Shown: piece after piece, positions 43,215-53,428 of the stretch
How the letters are laid out: the number at the start of each line of letters is the position of its first letter
How positions within the stretch are numbered: the first letter of the stretch is position 1
Assembly (NCBI GenBank): GCA_026985095.1
Contig: JALSQW010000018.1
Location: forward strand, 23,989-87,988
Direction: 5' to 3'
From: Acidimicrobiia bacterium
Lineage (GTDB): Bacteria > Actinomycetota > Acidimicrobiia > Spongiisociales > UBA5794
Length of the DNA stretch: 64,000 nucleotides
The notes under the pieces: model-generated
Database searches by the model: none
The model's input: only the letters and a program-made list of their open reading frames with translations
Told to the model about the DNA's origin: nothing
Position numbers and translations under genes: made by a program

Positions 43215-46000
43215 GCCGACCTCCTCCCCCAGAACGCCACCGCGGCGAGGAACACGAACCATCCGAAGGCCACCCACGCCTGCACCCGCCGTTCGGGCAA
43301 CACCCCGAACGACACGGTCCCGGTGTCCGCAGCGACCTCGTTACGCCAGTCCACCTGTTTCCACGGCGACGGACCCCACCGGGGATCGGGGTTCTCGGCG
43401 ACCACGACCCGGCCCCCGGCGATCGAAGCACCCTCGTAACGCCCGGCCTTCCACGACCATGGTGCCCCATCGGAACCGACCGCACGGAACGCCTCCGCCT
43501 CGTTGGCGAAGGTGGCGTCACGCAACCCGCCACCGAGCGGCACGAGATCGAGCTGCCGGCCCAGAACGGTCTTCCACGGTTCGGTCTGGGCCGTGTCCCC
43601 CCGCTCGGCCAGAACGACGATCCACCGGATGCCGAACTGCGCCAGCACCTCCCCTCCCCTGAGCACATCCTGGTCGACGATGGCGCTCAGCGCGTCCTCC
43701 AGCGCGGCGTCGCCCGAGTGCGGATCTCCCAGGTCCAGCTCCCACAACGCCGGCATCGGGGCCGACACCACACGGTACGCCGAACCCCGGAACGGGCGAC
43801 TGTCACCGGGGATGACGGCCGGATCGCCCACCAACAGCACCCGGGATGCCGTCGGATCCCCAGGACGGGCCACGGTGAAATCCAAGGCGGCGTGCAGACG
43901 ATCGCCCGGGAGCCCGGCCCGTCCTGCCAGCAGCGGCGCCATCGACGCCGCCACCAACATCGTCACCCCGACCAGACCCAACGCCAAGACACCGCGTCGC
44001 CAACCGACGACCTCATCGACCCGAAGGAGGCCCTCCACCGCCGCTCCGATCAACGCCCCGAGGCCGAGGCTCCCGACCGCCAGAGCCACGGCCACGACCA
44101 CCAGGCCCACGTCGAGGTCCACCGCCCTGGCACCCGCCAACGAAGCCGCCGCCAGCACCGCACCCCACCCAGAGACCCCAGCCAGGGACGACGGCAGCCC
44201 CACCACCGCGGCGAGGACGAGCACCCCGGCGGCGACGAGCACCACCGGGGACGTCGACCAGAAGAACGAGCCGTCGGTCAGGTAGTGCCCGAGATCCACC
44301 CGTCCCAGCCACGGGAAGAGCATCAGGACGCCGCCGACCGACCCGACCACGACCAGCGCCAACGCCCGCAACGTCGCCCGGAAGGGGAGGAACACGAGGG
44401 CCGCGAGCACCATCACCGCCGGCGCCGCCAAGGCCAGCGGTTCGAGCACCCCGACCAGCCCGACGAGCATCGCCACCGTCGCGACCCTGCCCACCCGGCC
44501 GGCCGTCGCGTTCGGCCACCGGAGCCACGCGGTCCGTAGCACCCACGGCAGGATCCCGATCGCGAAGAGCGCTCCGAGCGACGTGGTGGCCGCCACCCCC
44601 TGAGCGAGCGGTCCGGCGACGTAGACGACACCGCCCAGGACCGCCGCCACGGTCCGGATCGACCAGGTCCGCAACAACCGCGCCATACCCAACAGCCCGA
44701 AGCCGTAGGCCACGAACACGAACACGTACTCGACCAGACGTCGCGAGCCGAACACCAGCCGCTCGACGACACCGATCGCCCCGATCAGCGGAGGGAGCGG
44801 ATCGACGCTCCCCAACCCGGCCGGGTTCCATCCCCCTGCGTACGCCCGCAGCGCGCCGCCCGGATCGGGGAACGGCAACGACCGGCCCACCGCCGGAAGC
44901 CCCTCGGACCAGATGGCCCTGGTGGCCAGGAGCACGAACGCGACCGCCAACAACGCGGTCACCACCGCAGGACGACGAAGCTCCCGACCGATGGCCTCGA
45001 CGCTGAGGCGCTCCTCGCCCGGCATCCGCCGACGCGCCAGAGCCACCACATCGGACACGATCGCCTTCAACCCCAACGGGCCGGTGACCTGGAACCGGAA
45101 CAGTTCCGCGTCGTCCGCCAGACGGCCCCGGCGGGCCTGTCGCCGAGCCGCCGCGGTCGAGGGGAGATGCGCCAGGTACCACGACCACGCCTTGACGTGA
45201 CCCCACAGGGTCCAGCGACCCGCCAGCGGCGCCAGCACCGATTCCACGATGGCGCCGAGCAACGCCAACGGGAGGACCCACGCCAGCGTGGCGGGCCCGT
45301 AGACCTTCGACACGGCGCGCAACCGGCTCGCCTCCTCGCGCCAGCCCGCGGTCGGGACATCGGGCGCCAACACCTCCGAGGACGGCACGATCACGACCCT
45401 GGCGCCCCGCAGCCGGGCCCGCTGGCACAGATCCACCGCGGCGGCCGTCGGCGCCATCGAACGATCCGGCCCGCCCAGGCCGGTGGCCAGATCTCGCCGC
45501 AGCAGCATCGACGAGCCCGACACGGCGGCCACGTCCCGGACGACGTCGTACTGACCCTGGTCGCGTTCGTCGGCGTCCAGACCCGTGAACGGTACGTCGA
45601 ACACGTCCGTCGCCAGCCCGACGGACAGGAGGTGCTGCGGCCGCTGCCGATCGAGGACCTTCGAGCCGGCCACCCCGGCGCCGACCCGCTCGGCCTCGCG
45701 CACGAGCGACAACAGCGCGTCGGGGCGAGGCACCACCCCGGCCCGAACGATCCACAGGTGCGACACGTCGAGTCCAGAGGCGTCGATGACCGAACCGATC
45801 GTGGGGGTCCACTCGACGTGCTCGCCCTCCGCGACGCGACGACCAGCCCGGTCCCCCCCGACGACCAAGATCCGAGCCGGACCGTACACTTGCCGGCGGA
45901 TCGCATCGATCGTCGTCGAGATGGACGTCGGGTCGCCGGCGAGCACGGCGGCGACGACGGAAGCCTGGGGAAGTTCCTCGGGGGACATGGAGGCTGTCAT
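43211..46000 (-). CDS. Large membrane glycosyltransferase-like protein (GT2-like N-terminus, multi-TM C-terminus)
   Basis: ERDQGQYD and VDLCQRARLRG followed by many TM segments; the start could also be 45988. Confidence 0.8.
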   Translation of the reverse strand: MTASMSPEELPQASVVAAVLAGDPTSISTTIDAIRRQVYGPARILVVGGDRAGRRVAEGEHVEWTPTIGSVIDASGLDVSHLWIVRAGVVPRPDALLSLVREAERVGAGVAGSKVLDRQRPQHLLSVGLATDVFDVPFTGLDADERDQGQYDVVRDVAAVSGSSMLLRRDLATGLGGPDRSMAPTAAAVDLCQRARLRGARVVIVPSSEVLAPDVPTAGWREEASRLRAVSKVYGPATLAWVLPLALLGAIVESVLAPLAGRWTLWGHVKAWSWYLAHLPSTAAARRQARRGRLADDAELFRFQVTGPLGLKAIVSDVVALARRRMPGEERLSVEAIGRELRRPAVVTALLAVAFVLLATRAIWSEGLPAVGRSLPFPDPGGALRAYAGGWNPAGLGSVDPLPPLIGAIGVVERLVFGSRRLVEYVFVFVAYGFGLLGMARLLRTWSIRTVAAVLGGVVYVAGPLAQGVAATTSLGALFAIGILPWVLRTAWLRWPNATAGRVGRVATVAMLVGLVGVLEPLALAAPAVMVLAALVFLPFRATLRALALVVVGSVGGVLMLFPWLGRVDLGHYLTDGSFFWSTSPVVLVAAGVLVLAAVVGLPSSLAGVSGWGAVLAAASLAGARAVDLDVGLVVVAVALAVGSLGLGALIGAAVEGLLRVDEVVGWRRGVLALGLVGVTMLVAASMAPLLAGRAGLPGDRLHAALDFTVARPGDPTASRVLLVGDPAVIPGDSRPFRGSAYRVVSAPMPALWELDLGDPHSGDAALEDALSAIVDQDVLRGGEVLAQFGIRWIVVLAERGDTAQTEPWKTVLGRQLDLVPLGGGLRDATFANEAEAFRAVGSDGAPWSWKAGRYEGASIAGGRVVVAENPDPRWGPSPWKQVDWRNEVAADTGTVSFGVLPERRVQAWVAFGWFVFLAAVAFWGRRSA

Positions 46001-46034
46001 TCAAGGAGGATCTCACGCCTACGGCAATCCGCGC

Positions 46035-46955
46035 GTGACCCTGCTGTCGGGCGGAGTCGGTGGAGCCCGCATGGCCAGGGCCCTCCGGTCCGTCCTCCCC
46101 GCCACCTCGCTGACCGTCATCGTCAACGTCGGGGATGACGAGACCATCTACGGCGTCCACGTCTCACCCGACGTCGACACCGTCGTGTACACCCTCGCCG
46201 GGATCGAGGGCCCTCGAGGGTGGGGGATCGCCGACGACACGTTCGCCATGCTCGACCATCTCGCCGCCCTCGGCGTCGACACCACATTCCGGCTCGGCGA
46301 CCGGGACCTCGCCACCTGCCTCTTCCGCACCGATGTCCTCGCGCACGGCGGCACCCTGTCGATCGCGACGTCACGGATCGCCACGAGCCTCGGTGCCGAC
46401 ACCGAGATCGTCCCCGCCACCGACGACCTGTTACGCACCGACGTGCGGATCGACGACGGGAGCTGGCTCACGTTCCAGGACTACTTCGTGGCGCGACGCC
46501 ATCGCGACGCCGTCCGCGATCTCCGCTTCCGTGGCGGATCGTCCGCTCAGCCCCCGCCGGGGGTCGTCGCCGCCGTCGCCACCAGCGACCTGGTGATCAT
46601 CGCCCCATCCAACCCTCCCCTGTCGATCTGGCCCATCCTCGCCGTCGACGAGCTCGGCGACGCCGTCCGCAGTCACGAGCGGACCGTCGCCGTCAGCCCC
46701 CTGTTCGGCGGCAAGCCCCTCAAGGGACCCGCCGATCGCGTCATGGAGGGGCTGGGTCTGCATCCCGGCAACGTCGGCGTCGCCGAGGCCTACCAGGGCG
46801 TCATCACGGACCTCGTGATCGACCGGGGCGACGACGTCGACGTCGCCGTGCTGCGGGACCGCGGGCTCCGGGTCCATGTCACCGACACCCGCATCGCGGA
46901 GCCCGACGCCGGGCGCCGCTTCGCGCACTGGCTCCTCGAGGCGGTCGCTCCATGA
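46035..46955 (+). CDS. cofD: 2-phospho-L-lactate transferase (F420 biosynthesis)
   Basis: LSGGVGGAR, NVGDD, SPDVDT, LGDRDLA, PSNP and KGPAD. Confidence 0.95.
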   Translation: MTLLSGGVGGARMARALRSVLPATSLTVIVNVGDDETIYGVHVSPDVDTVVYTLAGIEGPRGWGIADDTFAMLDHLAALGVDTTFRLGDRDLATCLFRTDVLAHGGTLSIATSRIATSLGADTEIVPATDDLLRTDVRIDDGSWLTFQDYFVARRHRDAVRDLRFRGGSSAQPPPGVVAAVATSDLVIIAPSNPPLSIWPILAVDELGDAVRSHERTVAVSPLFGGKPLKGPADRVMEGLGLHPGNVGVAEAYQGVITDLVIDRGDDVDVAVLRDRGLRVHVTDTRIAEPDAGRRFAHWLLEAVAP

Positions 46956-47653
46956 CCGGCCCCATCACCGTCATCCCCATCGACGGGGTTCCCGAGATCC
47001 AGCCCGGCGACGACCTCGGAGCGATCCTCGCCGACCGCATGGAGGCGCGAGGACTCGAACCGGCTCCCGGCGACGTGCTCGTCGTCACCCACAAGGTCGT
47101 CTCCAAGGCCGAGGGGAGGATCCGGCCTGCCCCCGACGATGCGGCCTACCGCGCCGTCGTCGAGGAGGAAGCCCGCGCCGTGCTCCGGCGCCGCGGCGAC
47201 CTCACGATCGCCGTCACCCGCCACGGCTTCATCTGCGCCAATGCCGGCGTCGACCGCTCCAACACCGACGAAGGCTCCGTCGTTCTCCTCCCCATCGACC
47301 CGGACCGAAGCGCCCATCGCCTTCGCACGACCCTCCGGCAGCGCCTGGGGATGGACCTGGCCGTGGTCGTCACCGACACGTTCGGCCGACCATGGCGACG
47401 GGGGCTCGTGGACGTCGCCATCGGGATCTCGGGTCTCCCCGCCGTCGTCGACCTCCGCGGCACGCTGGACGGGAACGGCCGGACCCTGGAGGTGACCGAG
47501 ATCGCCGTGGTCGACGAGATCGCCGCCGCCGCCGACCTCGTCATGGGCAAGGCCGCTCGGGTTCCCGCGGCGCTCGTTAGCGGCATGGACCTCACCGGCG
47601 AGGGGCGAGCCACCGACCTCGTGCGCCCCGCCGGCGAAGATCTCTTCCGCTGA
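46952..47653 (+). CDS. cofE: Coenzyme F420-0:L-glutamate ligase
   Basis: PEIQPGDDL, KVVSKAEG, ANAGVDRSN, DTFGRPWR and DLFR. Confidence 0.95.
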   Translation: MTGPITVIPIDGVPEIQPGDDLGAILADRMEARGLEPAPGDVLVVTHKVVSKAEGRIRPAPDDAAYRAVVEEEARAVLRRRGDLTIAVTRHGFICANAGVDRSNTDEGSVVLLPIDPDRSAHRLRTTLRQRLGMDLAVVVTDTFGRPWRRGLVDVAIGISGLPAVVDLRGTLDGNGRTLEVTEIAVVDEIAAAADLVMGKAARVPAALVSGMDLTGEGRATDLVRPAGEDLFR

Positions 47654-47663
47654 ACGCCCGACG

Positions 47664-48542
47664 ATGCCCGAACTCCCCGAGATCGAGGCCTACCGGGCGG
47701 CGTTGGAACCACGGATCGTCGACCGAACGATCGGCGGCGTGACCGTCCGGTCCGTCTCGCTGCTTCGCACCTTCGATCCGAGCATCGACGACATCGTCGG
47801 CCGACGCGTCACCGCCACATCCCGGTTGGGGAAGCGCATCGTCCTCCACCTGGACGGCGAACGACACCTGGTGATCCACCTCATGACCGCCGGGCGTCTC
47901 CGGTGGGGCCGACCCGGCGCACCGATCCCCGGCAAGATCGGACTCGCCGCTGTGTCCTTCGACCACGGAACGCTCCTGATGACCGAAGCCGGATCGAAGC
48001 GTCGAGCGTCGTGGCACCTGGTCGTCGGCGCCGAGGGTCTCGCAGCCCTCGACCCCGGCGGCGTCGAGATCGCCCAGATCGACACCGAGACGTTCGTCTG
48101 GCGGCTCCGCGCCGAACGTCACACCCTGAAGAGGACCCTCACCGACCCGGCGGTGTTCGCAGGCATCGGCGGCGCCTTCGCCGACGAGATCCTGTTCGCC
48201 GCGGGCTTGTCCCCCACACAGATGACCACGAACCTCGACGACGAGCACGCCGCCCGCCTCCACCGCACCGCCGTCGACGTCCTCGCCCACTGGACCGCCT
48301 TGCGCATCGCCGAGACCGGCGACGACTTCCCCTCCAAGGTGACCGCGTTCCATCCCGACATGGCCGTCCACGGTCGCTTCGGACGACCGTGCCGAACGTG
48401 CGGGGCGACGATCCAACGGATCGTCCACGGTGGGCGCGAGACGAACTACTGCCCCGGCTGCCAGACCGGCGGCCGGATCCTCGCCGACCGCGCCCTGTCC
48501 CGGCTCCTCAAGGACGACTGGCCGCGGAGTATCGGACCCTGA
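47664..48542 (+). CDS. Fpg/Nei-family DNA glycosylase
   Basis: MPELPE, HLMTAG, GIGGAFADE and C-terminal C4 zinc finger. Confidence 0.93.
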   Translation: MPELPEIEAYRAALEPRIVDRTIGGVTVRSVSLLRTFDPSIDDIVGRRVTATSRLGKRIVLHLDGERHLVIHLMTAGRLRWGRPGAPIPGKIGLAAVSFDHGTLLMTEAGSKRRASWHLVVGAEGLAALDPGGVEIAQIDTETFVWRLRAERHTLKRTLTDPAVFAGIGGAFADEILFAAGLSPTQMTTNLDDEHAARLHRTAVDVLAHWTALRIAETGDDFPSKVTAFHPDMAVHGRFGRPCRTCGATIQRIVHGGRETNYCPGCQTGGRILADRALSRLLKDDWPRSIGP

Positions 48543-48558
48543 CGCCGCGGCGCATCGA

Positions 48559-49500
48559 TCAGCGCCGACGGAACCAGTCCACCGTCCGGGCCAGGCCTTC
48601 CTCGATGGGTGTCCAGGCCTCCCAACCCAGATGTCTGGCCGCCTCGGCGGCCTCCAGGCACGATCGGGCCTGCTCGCCCGGGCGGGGAGCGGCGAAGACC
48701 GGCTCCCCCGACGCTCCAGTCGCCGTCTGCAACATCCGGTAGAGCGCCAGGATCGATGTCTCGACACCGGTCCCGATGTTGAGGTACCGCCCGCCGCCGA
48801 TCCGGGCCCCCCGCACCAACGCGTCGGTCACGTCCTCGACGAACACGAAATCCCGCGTCTGGGACCCGTCCCCGTAGATCGTCGGCGTCCGACCGGCCAG
48901 CATCGCATCGATGAAGATCGCCACGACCCCGGCTTCGCCGAGGGGATCCTGACCTGGCCCGTAGACGTTCGAGAACCCCAACGACAGGTAGTCGAGACCG
49001 TGAGCACGGCGGTAGTACGCCAGGTACTCGTCGGCGATCAGCTTGGCGACACCGTACGGCGACTCCGGTTCCGGGGACGCCGTCTCGGGAGTGGGGACGG
49101 GTTCGACGGCCCCGAACCGCGCCCCTCCGGACGAGGCGAACACGACCCGTTCCACCTCCGCCAGGCGGGCCGCGTCGAGGACGTTGACCAGACCCGCCAC
49201 GTTCACCTCGGCGTCGAACACCGGGTCGGTCACCGACCGGCGCACGTCGATCTGGGCCGCCAGGTGGAACACGACGTCGGGAACCGCGTCGCGGACGACG
49301 TCACGCAGTGCGGGGTTGCGGACGTCGAGCTGATGGAAGGTCAACCGACCCGACGCCCGCGCCTGGGAGAGCCGCGCCAGGGTCCCGGAGCTGAGGTCGT
49401 CGATGACCAAGACGGACACTCCGTCATCGACGAGCCGCGTCACGAGGTTGGCACCGATGAACCCGGCGCCGCCGGTCACGATCGCGCGACGGAACGGCAT
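48559..49500 (-). CDS. NAD-dependent epimerase/dehydratase (GalE-like)
   Basis: TGGAGFIG, HLAAQ, YGVAK and NVYGP. Confidence 0.93.
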   Translation of the reverse strand: MPFRRAIVTGGAGFIGANLVTRLVDDGVSVLVIDDLSSGTLARLSQARASGRLTFHQLDVRNPALRDVVRDAVPDVVFHLAAQIDVRRSVTDPVFDAEVNVAGLVNVLDAARLAEVERVVFASSGGARFGAVEPVPTPETASPEPESPYGVAKLIADEYLAYYRRAHGLDYLSLGFSNVYGPGQDPLGEAGVVAIFIDAMLAGRTPTIYGDGSQTRDFVFVEDVTDALVRGARIGGGRYLNIGTGVETSILALYRMLQTATGASGEPVFAAPRPGEQARSCLEAAEAARHLGWEAWTPIEEGLARTVDWFRRR

Positions 49501-50255
49501 CAGCGACGCGGCGGGAGCGTCCGGTGGAAGAAGCCACCGACGCGGTCGATGAGGTCGCGGAAGGCGGCGTCGTCGTACCCATCGAGCCAGTCGTCCCAGA
49601 AGTTGTCGGGAGCGTTCTCGTAGAGGGCGAACTCGGCCTGAGGCGCCGCCTCCCGCAGCGCCGAGAAGCGATCGGCGTCGAACCGTGGGTCGGCCTTTCC
49701 GAACACGCCGAGGGTCGGCACCTCGACCCCTCCCATGGCCACCACGAGGTCCCCTGGGAGCGGCAACCCGTCCGCCGCCGCCAGCGGTGCACCGACGACC
49801 GCCAGCGACCGGATCCCCGTGAGATGTGATGCCGCGTCGGCGGCGACGACGCCGCCGTCGCCGAACCCGAGGAGCCCGAAGCCGTCCTCGGCGTTGGACC
49901 AGAACCCGGCGGGATTGGCGAGGAACTCGGCCACGCCCTCGAGGTCCGCCATCAACCGGGCCGACGGGATCGCGACGAAACCCTTGGAGGCCACCTCAAC
50001 GGGCACGGTGCGATCCGGCGCATCTCCCCGGTACGGGTCGGGAGCGATGGCGGCGAGCCCGTGGCGGGCGATACGCCGGCAGATGTCCTTGACCGACGAC
50101 GTCACCCCCCATGCCGACGGCACGATCATCACCGTCGGCCACTCACCGGCGAGATCGGGGCGAGCCAGGTACCCCGACAGGGTCCGAGCCCCCACGGGCA
50201 CGTCGATGGTCCCGTACAAGATGAGCGTATCGCCCTCGCCCTTCAGCACGCTCAT
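49500..50255 (-). CDS. Dienelactone hydrolase-fold protein, apparently lacking catalytic residues
   Basis: GYLARP, WGV and IAPD family patterns; GFGDGG where GFCxGG is expected. Confidence 0.8.
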   Translation of the reverse strand: MSVLKGEGDTLILYGTIDVPVGARTLSGYLARPDLAGEWPTVMIVPSAWGVTSSVKDICRRIARHGLAAIAPDPYRGDAPDRTVPVEVASKGFVAIPSARLMADLEGVAEFLANPAGFWSNAEDGFGLLGFGDGGVVAADAASHLTGIRSLAVVGAPLAAADGLPLPGDLVVAMGGVEVPTLGVFGKADPRFDADRFSALREAAPQAEFALYENAPDNFWDDWLDGYDDAAFRDLIDRVGGFFHRTLPPRR

Positions 50256-50971
50256 GATCGACCTTCCTCCCGGTCCCCCATCGTACCTGCCGGCCGGACC
50301 CGCACGTCGCCCGCCATCACCTCGACGAGGCCGTCGGCCGTCTCGATCACCAGGCCGCCACCGGGCGCGATGTCCACCGCCCGGCCGCGACCGTCCTCCC
50401 ATTCCACCTCGCGCCCGACCGTGACACACACGCTGCGGTACTCGTCGTGCCCCCAGTCGCGGGCCGGTCGGGCGAGGCGCTGCAGGACCCGGTCGACCCA
50501 CCGAACGGCGATCTCCCGGCCGACGTCGGGTCCGGGATCGTCTCCGAACAGCGCCCCGGCTCCTTCGGGGGTCTCCCGCCACCACAGGTCCAAACCCATC
50601 CCCACCGCCACCCGATGGTCGGTTCCCTCCACGAGGATGCCCCCGACCTTGAGCTCGTCCACCATCAGATCGTTCGGCCACTTCAAGCTCAGCTGCACAC
50701 CGGTCGTCGCCGCGATCGCGTCCCGCGCCGCGAGGGCTGCGACCAGCGGCAACAGCGGCCAGTCGTCCACGGACCATGGCGGAGCGAACGCGAAGGACGC
50801 CGCGACCGCCCGATCGGCGTTCCACCACGGCCGGCCGCCCCGCCCCCGGCCGGACTCCTGAGCGGCCGCGACGACGAGCACCGGAGCGCCGCGGCGGCCG
50901 AACTCCTCGGCCGCCAGATCCTGCGTCGAGGACACCGTGTCGCGCTCGACGATGACGTATGGTGTATCCAA
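50252..50971 (-). CDS. birA: Biotin--[acetyl-CoA carboxylase] ligase (no HTH)
   Basis: SSTQ, QESGRGRGGRPW, KWPND and KVGGIL; divergent from the carboxyltransferase gene. Confidence 0.9.
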   Translation of the reverse strand: MDTPYVIVERDTVSSTQDLAAEEFGRRGAPVLVVAAAQESGRGRGGRPWWNADRAVAASFAFAPPWSVDDWPLLPLVAALAARDAIAATTGVQLSLKWPNDLMVDELKVGGILVEGTDHRVAVGMGLDLWWRETPEGAGALFGDDPGPDVGREIAVRWVDRVLQRLARPARDWGHDEYRSVCVTVGREVEWEDGRGRAVDIAPGGGLVIETADGLVEVMAGDVRVRPAGTMGDREEGRS

Positions 50972-51022
50972 CGTGGTCCCTTCGCAGTCGAACCTGAGAC
51001 CGAGAGCCTACCGGGAGGATCG

Positions 51023-52573
51023 ATGAGCACCGAAGAGCGCATCGAGCGCCTTCGCGCCTTGCGCGAGGAGGCGATGGAAGCGTCCAGCCGACGCGCCGTC
51101 GATCGTCAACACGACCTCGGCAAGCTCACGGCCAGGGAACGGATCGAACTCCTCTTGGACAAGGGGTCGTTCCAGGAGATGGACATGTTCGTCCGCCACC
51201 AGGCGACGGGATTCGGGATCGAGAAGAACCGCCCCCTCGGCGACGCGGTCGTCACCGGATGGGGCACCGTCGACGGCAGAACGGTCTTCATCTTCGCGGA
51301 GGATTTCACCCGCTTCGGCGGCAGCCTCGGTGAGGTCGTGGCGGACAAGATCTGCAAGATCATGGATCTGGCCATGAACACCGGCGCTCCTCTCATCGGC
51401 CTCAAGGACTCCGGAGGCGCGCGGATCCAGGAGGGGGTCGTCGCCCTCGACGGATACGGACGGATCTTCGAACGCAACGTCCGGGCCTCTGGGGTCATCC
51501 CCCAGATCTCGGTCATCATGGGCCCCTGCGCCGGTGGCGCGGTCTACTCGCCGGCGATCACCGACTTCGTCTATCAGATCGACCAGAGGTCCCATCTGTT
51601 CATCACCGGCCCCGACGTCATCCAGGCCGTCACCGGCGAGGAGGTCACGTTCGAGGAACTCGGGGGAGCCCACGCCCACTCCACCCGCTCGGGTGTCACC
51701 CACTTCGTCGCCGAGGACGGCCGCGCCGCCCTCGAGGAGGTGCGCTACCTCTTGTCGTTCTTGCCTCAGAACAACATGGAGGTGCCGCCGTTCTTCACCC
51801 CGATGGACCATCCCGACCGGATGGACGAGGACCTCACCACGATCGTCCCCGACGCTCCCAACCAGCCGTACGACATGACCGAGGTCATCGAGAGGATCGT
51901 CGACGACGGAGACTTCTACCAGGTCCACGAGCACTTCGCCGGCAACATCGTCGTGGGCTTCGCGCGCCTCGACGGGTACACGGTCGGGGTGGTGGGGAAC
52001 CAACCCGCGGTCCTCGCCGGAACGCTCGACATCGACGCCTCCGTCAAAGCGGCCCGGTTCGTTCGGTTCTGTGATGCCTTCAACATCCCCCTCCTGGTAT
52101 TCGTCGACGTTCCCGGGTTCCTCCCCGGCGTCGAGCAGGAACACGGCGGGATCATCCGCCATGGCGCCAAGCTGCTGTACGCCTTCGCCGAAGCGACGGT
52201 GCCTCGGGTCAGCGTCATCACCCGGAAGGCGTATGGAGGCTCGTATCTGGTGATGAACGCCAGGGCCCTGCGCGCCGACGTCGTGTTCGCCTGGCCGACG
52301 GCCGAGATCGCCGTGATGGGCGCCGCCGGGGCCGTCAACGTCATCCAGCGACGGGCCATCGCCGGGGCGGAGGACCCCGAAGCCGAACGGGCTCGGCTCA
52401 TCGCCGAGTACGAGGAGAAGTTCGCCAACCCGTACGTGGCCGCCGAACGAGGCCTCATCGACGACGTCATCGAACCCAGGGAGACCCGGCCTCGCCTGAT
52501 CCGCTCCCTGGAGATGCTCCGCTCCAAGCGCGAATCGATGCCGCCTCGCAAGCACGGCAACATCCCCTTGTGA
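51023..52573 (+). CDS. pccB: Acyl-(propionyl)-CoA carboxylase carboxyltransferase subunit
   Basis: GKLTARER, SGGARIQEG, GPCAGGAVY, DVPGFLPG and RKHGNIPL; GGAGG RBS. Confidence 0.93.
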   Translation: MSTEERIERLRALREEAMEASSRRAVDRQHDLGKLTARERIELLLDKGSFQEMDMFVRHQATGFGIEKNRPLGDAVVTGWGTVDGRTVFIFAEDFTRFGGSLGEVVADKICKIMDLAMNTGAPLIGLKDSGGARIQEGVVALDGYGRIFERNVRASGVIPQISVIMGPCAGGAVYSPAITDFVYQIDQRSHLFITGPDVIQAVTGEEVTFEELGGAHAHSTRSGVTHFVAEDGRAALEEVRYLLSFLPQNNMEVPPFFTPMDHPDRMDEDLTTIVPDAPNQPYDMTEVIERIVDDGDFYQVHEHFAGNIVVGFARLDGYTVGVVGNQPAVLAGTLDIDASVKAARFVRFCDAFNIPLLVFVDVPGFLPGVEQEHGGIIRHGAKLLYAFAEATVPRVSVITRKAYGGSYLVMNARALRADVVFAWPTAEIAVMGAAGAVNVIQRRAIAGAEDPEAERARLIAEYEEKFANPYVAAERGLIDDVIEPRETRPRLIRSLEMLRSKRESMPPRKHGNIPL

Positions 52574-52585
52574 CGGCCTGGCGCC

Positions 52586-53329
52586 CTACGGGCGGCAGGA
52601 CCAGTGCGCCCAGGGGTCGAGGCCCGCGGCGACGCTGGTGCGCACCAGCCACGCGGCCGACGCGATGTTCGCCTCCGGATCGTACGGATCGGCACCACCG
52701 ACCCCCCGAGCCGTGGTCACCATCCTCCAGGTGCCGGAGAGGAACTGGAACAGGCCTCGCGCCGAGGAACGGCGGTTCTTCGCCTGCGGGTCGCCTCCGG
52801 ACTCGCATCGCATGACCGCCAGCGCTTCCTCGATGCGCCCATGGGGGAAGTAGCGACGCACGAGCGGGCGCCAACGCTCCACATCGGCAGGGAACCGAGA
52901 TCGATCGCCCGTCGACAGCGCGGCGGCGATCTGCGCATCGCGGCGTGCCAGCTCGGTCTCGAGTCGCCCCCGCCGCGCCGACAGCTCGGCGATCCGAGCC
53001 GTCAACCCTCCGGCTCGCCCCGAGGCGTCCGTCGCCCGTTCGAGGGCCGCCGCCGACCGCGGACCGGCGGCCGAGATCAGCTCCACCACGGTCGCGGACG
53101 CTCGCTCCGACAGCCCGGTCACCGCAGCGACGAAACGGACCCGACGAGCCGTGCCGAGCGCTTCGAGGCGGGCGTCGAGCCGACGCCTCAACGCATCGAC
53201 GGTCGACACCCTCGCCGCGATCTCCTCGACGCTGCTGACATCGTGGGCGCGGGCGGTCGGCGTCGTGGCCGGCGAACCGACGAGCGCGACGCAACAGATC
53301 GATGCGACGAGGAGGGTCTTCGCGAACAT
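52586..53329 (-). CDS. Secreted coiled-coil lytic transglycosylase (SLT domain)
   Basis: Signal peptide, CESGG, ARGLFQF, ANI..AAWL and WAHWSC. Confidence 0.85.
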   Translation of the reverse strand: MFAKTLLVASICCVALVGSPATTPTARAHDVSSVEEIAARVSTVDALRRRLDARLEALGTARRVRFVAAVTGLSERASATVVELISAAGPRSAAALERATDASGRAGGLTARIAELSARRGRLETELARRDAQIAAALSTGDRSRFPADVERWRPLVRRYFPHGRIEEALAVMRCESGGDPQAKNRRSSARGLFQFLSGTWRMVTTARGVGGADPYDPEANIASAAWLVRTSVAAGLDPWAHWSCRP

Positions 53330-53428
53330 GCGAACCGGGGAGGGTACGGGGACGCATCCGGTAACGGGCTTCCGGTCGGCACGGTCCAACACAGCGTCCG
53401 CAACCGCCGAGTCTCCTAGGATGCCGTC

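Noticed and set aside
30418..46160. Many long Arg/Pro/Gly-rich alternative-frame ORFs (e.g. 30418-32964, 41689-43662, 44013-46160)
   Set aside because: Off-frame or antisense shadows of well-supported genes, caused by scarce stop codons at high GC.
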